In this document: positions 55,605 through 63,961 of the stretch, in pieces
How the letters are laid out: every line of letters starts with the position of its first letter
Numbering within the stretch: the stretch's first letter is position 1
DNA from: Octopus bimaculoides
Lineage: Eukaryota
DNA length: 63,961 bases
Reading direction: 5' to 3'
NCBI RefSeq assembly: GCF_001194135.2
Contig: NC_068993.1
Location: 45,327,786 to 45,391,746, forward strand
Notes under the pieces: generated by a model
Database searches by the model: none
What the model saw: the letters and a program-made list of their open reading frames with translations, nothing else
Told to the model about the DNA's origin: nothing
Position numbers and translations under genes: made by a program

Positions 55605-56367
55605 CACATGGATCATATCTGCATTATTTAACGTTGTACAAACGCGAAATTCGCCTTTGGTGTTCCAGATTCCACACACACACACACACACACACACCCA
55701 CACACCCACANNNNNNNNNNNNNNNNNNNNNNNNNNNNNNNNNNNNNNNNNNNNNNNNNNNNNNNNNNNNNNNNNNNNNNNNNNNNNNNNNNNNNNNNNN
55801 NNNNNNNNNNNNNNNNNNNNNNNNNNNNNNNNNNNNNNNNNNNNNNNNNNNNNNNNNNNNNNNNNNNNNNNNNNNNNNNNNNNNNNNNNNNNNNNNNNNN
55901 NNNNNNNNNNNNNNNNNNNNNNNNNNNNNNNNNNNNNNNNNNNNNNNNNNNNNNNNNNNNNNNNNNNNNNNNNNNNNNNNNNNNNNNNNNNNNNNNNNNN
56001 NNNNNNNNNNNNNNNNNNNNNNNNNNNNNNNNNNNNNNNNNNNNNNNNNNNNNNNNNNNNNNNNNNNNNNNNNNNNNNNNNNNNNNNNNNNNNNNNNNNN
56101 NNNNNNNNNNNNNNNNNNNNNNNNNNNNNNNNNNNNNNNNNNNNNNNNNNNNNNNNNNNNNNNNNNNNNNNNNNNNNNNNNNNNNNNNNNNNNNNNNNNN
56201 NNNNNNNNNNNNNNNNNNNNNNNNNNNNNNNNNNNNNNNNNNNNNNNNNNNNNNNNNNNNNNNNNNNNNNNNNNNNNNNNNNNNNNNNNNNNNNNNNNNN
56301 NNNNNNNNNNNNNNNNNNNNNNNNNNNNNNNNNNNNNNNNNNNNNNNNNNNNNNNNNNNNNNNNNNN

Positions 56368-56404
<37 letters not shown>

Positions 56405-56859
56405 TACACACATATCAGTTTTTCAGTTTACACTGCGAGATCCAGTGATAAAACATGTTTCTTGGCAAGGTCGCTTTACCAATGGGGAACACATGTACTA
56501 TACATGTGTTAGTTTCGTATTGACAAAATAACTCTCCCAAGATACAACATAGATATACACAAGCATACATACAAACATACAGAGATATACAAGCATACAC
56601 ACCTGTAAAATTAGTGTACAAACGAAAGTAAACAGAAATCAACGCATGCCGTTCATCGATATTCACCATCTTCGGTTTGTGTGGACAGTTTTTGTTTTTT
56701 CGTTACCAACAGCTTCCTAACCTAGCTTTTAGCATCAGAAGTGTTGGCAACAATATCAACAGCGTACTCAGAAGGAATAAGAAAGAGAAAAACATCAGTA
56801 ATAAGAAAGTACTAGTGCTAGCAACAGCATTATCAACAATATCAACAGAAGCATCAGCA

Positions 56860-57170
56860 ATGGTGTTAGCAACAACATCATCGCAGCTATAACTACAAAC
56901 AAAGCAGTAACAGTACTGGTAGTAGTGTTAGTAACGACATCAGTTTTAGCAACAGAAACAACAGTCCTAGCTCCAGCAGTAGTGTTAGCAACAACAATAA
57001 TAGCGGCTTCACTAGCAGTATCAGTGTTAGCAACAACATCATCGCAGCTATAACTACAGACAAAGCAGTAACAGTACTGGTAGTAGTGTTAGCAACGACA
57101 TCAGTTTTAGCAACACAAGCAACAACAGTCCCAACTCCAGCAGTAGTGTTAGCAACAACAGCGTTAGCTA
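56860..57170. repeat. 161-bp tandem duplication inside a (GCA/ACA/GTA)n low-complexity tract
   Basis: GTGTTAGCAACAACATCATCGCAGCTATAACTACA... begins at both 56863 and 57024. Confidence 0.85.
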
Positions 57171-57461
57171 TGAAAAGAATAGCAGCAGCAACACCAACAG
57201 TGACAGTGTTAGCAAGAACAACTGCAGTGTTAACAGTAACAACAGTCTCAGTGTTAACAACAACAACAACAGTAACAAGAACAGCAGCAGCAGCAACAGC
57301 AGCAGCAATAGCAACAGTGCAAACGATATCAGCAGCACCAGCAGAGTCAGTGGAAATTGGTGGTGGACGTATTGAAAGTATTTATTAGTGATGAGGGTTG
57401 TAGCAAGGCCTCGACAATGACGACGATGACGCCGATGTCCATAACCACCACCACCACCACC

Positions 57462-57534
<73 letters not shown>

Positions 57535-59106
57535 GAACCACCATCACCATCAACGCCATCGCGACCGTCTCCACCACCATTGGAGCAATTGCTGGCTGGT
57601 TGGCTGGTTGGCTGGTTGGCTGGTTAATCAACCGTTCGTTGTTATAATTAGCAATTAAGAAGTTGATTAATGGAAGTTTAAGACTTTTCACTAAACCAAT
57701 AAACCAATTTACTGAATGAATAAACACATAGTAGCAGTAGTAATAGTAATAGTAGTAGTAGTTGCTGCTGCTGTTACCGCTGATGCTACTGTTGTAATCG
57801 TCGTCGTCGTTATCTCTGTTGTTGATGTTCTTGTCGTATTAGATGTCGTCGTCCAGTCCGAGATCACTTCTCATCCAGAAGACTTTTGACCGAAAGCATC
57901 CCAGACTGTCTGTGTTGGGCGACATGGCGGTATGACATTCAGTGTTAGGGTGCTACACTCCGTAAAGTCTTGCGTAAACCACATGATGTTCACATGACAT
58001 CATCAATACCGTAATAAAAATACAAAAAAATGAAATGCCTGCAAAACGTATTTACAACTTTATGCCTCCTACCTCTCCTCCTCCTATCTCTCGCCCTCTT
58101 CTTATCTCTCTTCCTCCTCCCACCTCTCTTCCTCCTCCTACCTCTCTTCCTCCTCCTACCTCTCTTCCTCCTCCCCTCCTCCTCCCTCGCTTTGCAAGAC
58201 CTTTCTCAAGTACAAAATGTGACTGTTTTTCTTATCTACATTCCGACGATGGAACTTTGAATCTTAGTTAGAAAACAGCTTCTTTGCAGGAAGACTTTAA
58301 ATAATTAAAAATAGAAGAGGACATACTAGATACGAAGTGCATATTTATACAAAAGTTCATGCTTACTTCAATATATAGAAAAATGACAATGCTTTAATTT
58401 ACTCTCCGATTAAGATGGCGTTTATTTCTTTACATACTTGCAAGTATTTGTCTGTTACTTATAATGCAAAGCTCTTTTTTCCTTCCAAGATGCTTTCTAA
58501 ATAATGAAATAATTTGCATCAAACATAATCTGCACACTTACAAACGGAATAATAATCTATGCTTGAAAGCAATTTGACAGAAGAACTATATTTAAATTCT
58601 TTTAGTAAGCTGAGACCAATGACAGTATTTTTTTTGTTTAATAAATTGATGTGTCGTTCTATAGAATAATCGATTGAGTACTAGACAACAGTGAAATATC
58701 ACAGGCCACATGCAAGACAGTATATAATTGAATTCATACCAACAAACTAAATTAAATTAGGACAAATACCGTTAGACGGAAATATTTCAACCAATTGTTT
58801 ATTAGGCTTAAATTCTGTTAGCCCCAAATATCTTGAGACTAAAGTGTTATTTGAAATGAGCAAAATTTTGTTGACAAACATGCGTCACCAGACTAAAGTT
58901 TTAGATGAAGCACAAAAGTGTTTTTTGGCCAAAGTTGTTATACAACGATATTCTAAAACCAATTATAATAATTCAAAATGTTTTAATCCACCCGACCTCC
59001 AACCAAAGCAATTTTGACGAAAATGTCATTAAGAATCTCATTAAAAATAGGTTTGCGGTAAATGTGTTGTTGTCAAAAATTGATACGAAAGCTTTATTCG
59101 AACAAT

Positions 59107-59245
59107 ATGTAATTAAACCAAAGTGTTTTGAAAGACAATATCATCAAACCGATGTATAATTAAGCCAAAGTATTTTGGAAGTAAATATCATTGGACCGAT
59201 GTATGATTAAACCAAAGAGTTTTGGAAGAAAATATCATTGGATCA
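59107..59245. repeat. 45-47 bp minisatellite x3 within a longer degenerate CCAAAGTG-periodic tract (about 58880-59400)
   Basis: Units start at 59107, 59152 and 59199 (ATGTA..ATTAA(A/G)CCAAAG..TTTTGGAAG..AATATCATT). Confidence 0.8.
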
Positions 59246-59880
59246 AGGAACAATTAGATCAAAGTGATTTGGACAAAAATAGGATTAGACTAATGCAAAA
59301 TTAGCCCAAAGTGTTTGTAACAAAAGTGTTTCTAATCAATGAGTTCCAGAACAAAGAGTCGTTAAATGAAATCTTATCATGCAAAAAGCTTCATCAGACC
59401 AACTTACTAATGCAAAACTAAGAATCCTGTATTATTCATAATTTAACTATTGTGTTACATTACTTTGGCATATAAAAGAAAAGAGAAAACCAAAATAAAT
59501 TCACAATCCTGCAAATAGATTAATGACGAATTAATAACATGATACTTCATCACTCGGATTGCATAGGATTCGTTATTTATATAAATATATAACAAATCCA
59601 TTGTAATTTGTAACAACAAAAGCAGTAGATATCATTATTATTGAAACAGAGGACAATAAAAAAATATGCACATGCAGTACCCGGAATTTCCCGGCAGCCG
59701 CGGAAATTTTTTGACTAGATCCATGGGAAACCAACAATCTATGTGACTCAAAAAATTGGTGTTGATATTAACCGCCCACATTCTCAGGAAGTTTCTCTCC
59801 AGCTAATATATGCATGCCTTAGGTCTCTGGTTGAGACCCGGTCAGAAGATGAAATATAATGCAATTCAATCGGAAAATAC

Positions 59881-59914
<34 letters not shown>

Positions 59915-59920
59915 TATAAT

Positions 59921-60653
59921 AATCCTTTCTACAAATTTAGGGGGAGGGAGTAAATTTTTTAGATCGACTCCAGTACTCAATTGATACTTATTTTATTGAT
60001 CTCGAAAGGATGAAAACTAAAGTTGACCCATCAGCTGAATTTGAACTCAAAAGGTAAAGACGGACGAAATGCCGCTGAGCCTTTTGTCTGACGCGGTAAT
60101 GATTCTGCCAGCTCGGTGTCTTAATGATATAATAATATGGATAATAACAATAACATTTAGCAATATAGAAACGATTTCTTGCATGTAAACCCGCTCTCTC
60201 TATATATGTTCGTCTCTCTGTGTTTTCATCTGTCTATCTTAATCTTCTTTTCTGCTATATTTGTACGAAGCGCGGTGAGCATATCATCAAGTTTTGCTCC
60301 AAAATAGACGCTAATTTTACACAGAGCAGAATTCAATGAAAGTGTTTCTTTGAAAAATATTCATACTGAAATAAAATCGTCTTTGTTTACAAATATAAAG
60401 ACGACAAAACTGTCATATTATATTTAAAGAAAGGAAATTTCAACAACAATAGCAATTTTAACAAGAACAAAAATAACAATAATGATAATGATTTCTTTAT
60501 TTGCCACAGGGACATCAAATGTGGGGGGGGGGACAAAACAAGGGTAGTTTACATTTTGTGTGGGCGATTAAGTAAGTACATTCATCCTAATTATATTTGC
60601 TTTAGTCACCCACCTCTGACAAAGGGAGTGAAAGTGTGAGAGAGAGAAGGAAA

Positions 60654-60737
<84 letters not shown>

Positions 60738-61579
60738 CTTGGTCGAAGAGAAAGGTATCTTTCCTCAAACCATTAAGGGTCGACCACCACACAATTGCTT
60801 TCGCCATGATCACCAATGATGATGATGATAACAACAAGAACAAGAACCAGAAGAACAACACCAATAATAATCCTTTCTAGTAAAGGCAAAAGGCCTGAAA
60901 ATTCTGGGTAGGGGACTAGCCGATTATATCAACATCAGTATTTCACTGGTACTTAATTTATCGAATCCGAAAAGATAAAAGGCAAAGTCAACCTCGGCGG
61001 AATTTGAACTCAGAACGTAGCAATGGGCGAAATACCGCTAAGCATTTCACCCAGCGTTCTAACGGCTCGTGACCTTAATAATAAAAGATGGGCTACAGCA
61101 AATATTCTTCTCAATACCATAGATTTGCTTGTCAGTTATTTGACCGTGACCAGTTGAACATTCCCCTTGGCGGCTGGCCATATGTGCATCTCTAACCACG
61201 AGCTTCATAGCCATATGTCGAGAGGAATCATTTGGTGTTTGGATAATTCATCTCTGGAAACATGGGTGTCTCGTTCAACGTCCTTAAACAACCATTATTC
61301 AAGGACCTTTTGAGTGAGATGGGCAATTTGACCTGAAAAAACTTCTAGCTGGGTCCCACCTGCAAGGGCATTGTTGTTTATATTGATATGAGATCAGTTT
61401 GTCGCGTACATATGGTTGTGATATCGTGTACCCTTATCATAAAGTGATCATGATGGGTATACTGGGATTCGTATATTTTACCCCAGTGCCAATTTTATGG
61501 CATGCACTGCTCTCCTCAATAACAACAACAACAACACCAATAATAATAATAATAGTGCCATTGTTATCAATCCTATAAA

Positions 61580-61612
<33 letters not shown>

Positions 61613-61832
61613 GAACGAAGCAAGTGTTTAATCAACGTCAGAAAGTTTACAAATGATAAAATATAAATGGAACAAAACAATAAGTACACAATTTGATTAA
61701 TTATGCATACACTTGAATGTCTACACAATGATATATACATTTTAATACCCCTAATGTCAACATCCAAGCTCATCATGTCTCAAGCATAACAATAATGTTG
61801 ATGAAAATGATATTATTATGAAAATAATAATA

Positions 61833-61885
<53 letters not shown>

Positions 61886-62422
61886 CCTTTCTAATACAGG
61901 CACAAGATCAACAACGACGACAACAACAGCAGCATCAACAACAACAATAATAATAACAATAATAATGATTTCACATCTTGACATAAGATCGGAGTATAGG
62001 GTAAGTCGATTAAATCGAACCCAGTGTTCAACTGGTACTTATTTTATCGTTCCCAAAAAGGATGAAAGCAAAGTTGACCACGGCGAAATTTGAACTCAGA
62101 ACAAAAAGACAGACGAAATGCCGCTAAGCATTTTGCTCGGCGTCCTAACGGTCCTGCCAACTCACTGCTTTAATAATGATAATAATAATAATGATAATAA
62201 CAGTAATAATGATAATCCTTTCTATTATAGGTACAAAGCCTGAAATATTGTGTATGTGTGTGGTGGCTAGTCGATTATATCGACCCTAGTGTTTCACTGG
62301 TACTTCATTTAAAATGAAAGGCAAAGTCAATCCCGGTGGAATTTGAACTCAGAATGTAGCGACGGGCAAAATACCGCTAAGCATTTCGTCTGGTGTACTA
62401 ACGATTGTGCCAGCTCATCGCC

Positions 62423-62425
<3 letters not shown>
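59921..62425 (-). mobile_element. Cluster of four co-oriented family A SINEs (59921-60123, 60870-61077, 61968-62173, 62214-62425)
   Basis: Each shows the reverse-complement core and a (TAA)n-derived tail. The span also contains unrelated sequence. Confidence 0.85.
61081..61518. mobile_element. Family D dispersed repeat, copy 2
   Basis: Colinear with 29826-30300. Confidence 0.8.
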
Positions 62426-62508
<83 letters not shown>

Positions 62509-63961
62509 TTATGTTTGACTTTTGTTTTGCATTTGTACAAGTTGGATCCAAGTCTCACCCAGAGACCTCAAGAGACAACAAGTTAGAAGTTCATAATAAT
62601 AATAATAATAATAATAACAATAATAATAATAATTATTATTATTATATGTTTTTATTGTATTGACAGAAATATAAATAGAATGTGTAGTATTTATGACGGA
62701 ACTGTAGTATTTAGGAATTGACGTTGTCACAAATTTTCGATGATCTTTGTACTCTTAATCTGGAGTGGTTTTGAAAAAGAACAAAAAATATATAAATTTA
62801 AATAATATAATAAAATATACTTCCTGTACTTCCGGTAGCTATTTGAGAATAGCTCTATACTTTCAATTGAATCTAAAATTCAGTATAGAAATTTAAAGGG
62901 ATGTTGTTTTAGTCTATTTCCTTTCCCTTCTTTTACGTTACTGTAATAGTGGTTGCAGCTAATTTTGTTATTCTAGTTGTTGTTGTTGTTGTCATTGTTG
63001 GCGATGTTGTTTTAGTTGTTCTTGAGAATATAGATTTTTCAGAATATGATGATATTTATTGTTTCAGCAGAAAAATACATAAAATAAAAGTACGAAAAAT
63101 ACAAATAACAAAAATCATGTATAAACCAATTTTGGAATATTCTAGAATGACAGATATCATGACCAAATATCATTAACTGAAAGAGAAAAAAATTACCAAA
63201 TATATGATAAAAATAACATCACCAATGCTAACGCCTATAAGAATACCAACATCATTACTAGCACTACCAATAACGAAAACGACGTTAGCATCAACGACAA
63301 CAGGAATAAGAAATAAACAAATGTATAAAGAATATTGTTTGGCAAAATGTTTATAAACTGAAAATCTTTTCTTTATAGAAAATTAACAAACTTCGCTTCT
63401 GTATAATCGATTGTTGTGGCTGATATTGAGTAAAAATAGGGTAGACAGTATATGTCTTTGAAACTGCGCGGTGTGAGGCGAAAATTATAGTTTTGGGGTT
63501 AAGAATTTCGTTTCACAACAAGCTGGTTTGGGGTTCGAGCCAGCTGTAAATATAATTTTCGGAGAAAGTGCTTTCTGCAGTAGATTTGGGTTGATAAAAA
63601 CATAAGGAAGAAACTTCAGGATATGCTCCATAGTAAAGTTTAATATGAAACAAAAACACTACTGTTATGCCAGTAATTTACATAACAAAATCAACAGTCA
63701 AATATATGTCTAGGTATAAGCATAAAAAAAGCTAATTTTAACATAATTTTGAAGTAACAGTAAACTGTAGGGTAATTTATTGCTAAAGAAAGTATAATAA
63801 TATCAGAAATAATGTTCTTCAATGGATATCATCTTTCATGTCCACGGTGAAGTTGTATAAATATGACAAATGTTTGCAATCGTTTTATGTAACTGACAAA
63901 TTTTAATTAATTTACGAATACACTGACGGCTCAAAACTGCCTGGTTATGCTCAATAGTAAC

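Noticed and set aside
59684-59718. GC-rich hairpin followed by CTAG (possible Helitron 3' end)
   Set aside because: CTAG is followed by A rather than T, and no matching 5' TC terminus was identified.

Overview
Eukaryotic, AT-rich, non-coding DNA from a gapped draft assembly with many N runs flanked by microsatellites. The repeat landscape (dense (TA)n/(TG)n/(AG)n/(ATT)n/(TATC)n tracts plus abundant tRNA-headed SINEs) looks like a cephalopod (Octopus-like) intergenic or intronic region; this is an inference from pattern recognition. I cannot support any intact host protein-coding gene, and nearly all supplied ORFs are microsatellite or N-gap artefacts. Interpretable content is transposon debris: three decayed Tc1/mariner transposase fragments, mariner-derived and other MITEs, two non-autonomous Helitron-like elements, several R4/Dong-like (RLE-type) non-LTR retrotransposon fragments and more than 20 SINE copies or fragments. 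The most interesting signal is five type-I hammerhead-ribozyme motifs with palindromic stem III (3355-3389 -, 6591-6633 +, 9150-9185 +, 39964-40001 +, 40370-40468 -). One sits at the tip of a 139-nt rod-like hairpin, and its only stem II defects are two A-C mismatches. All folds were derived by hand and no activity is demonstrated. Many element boundaries are approximate.
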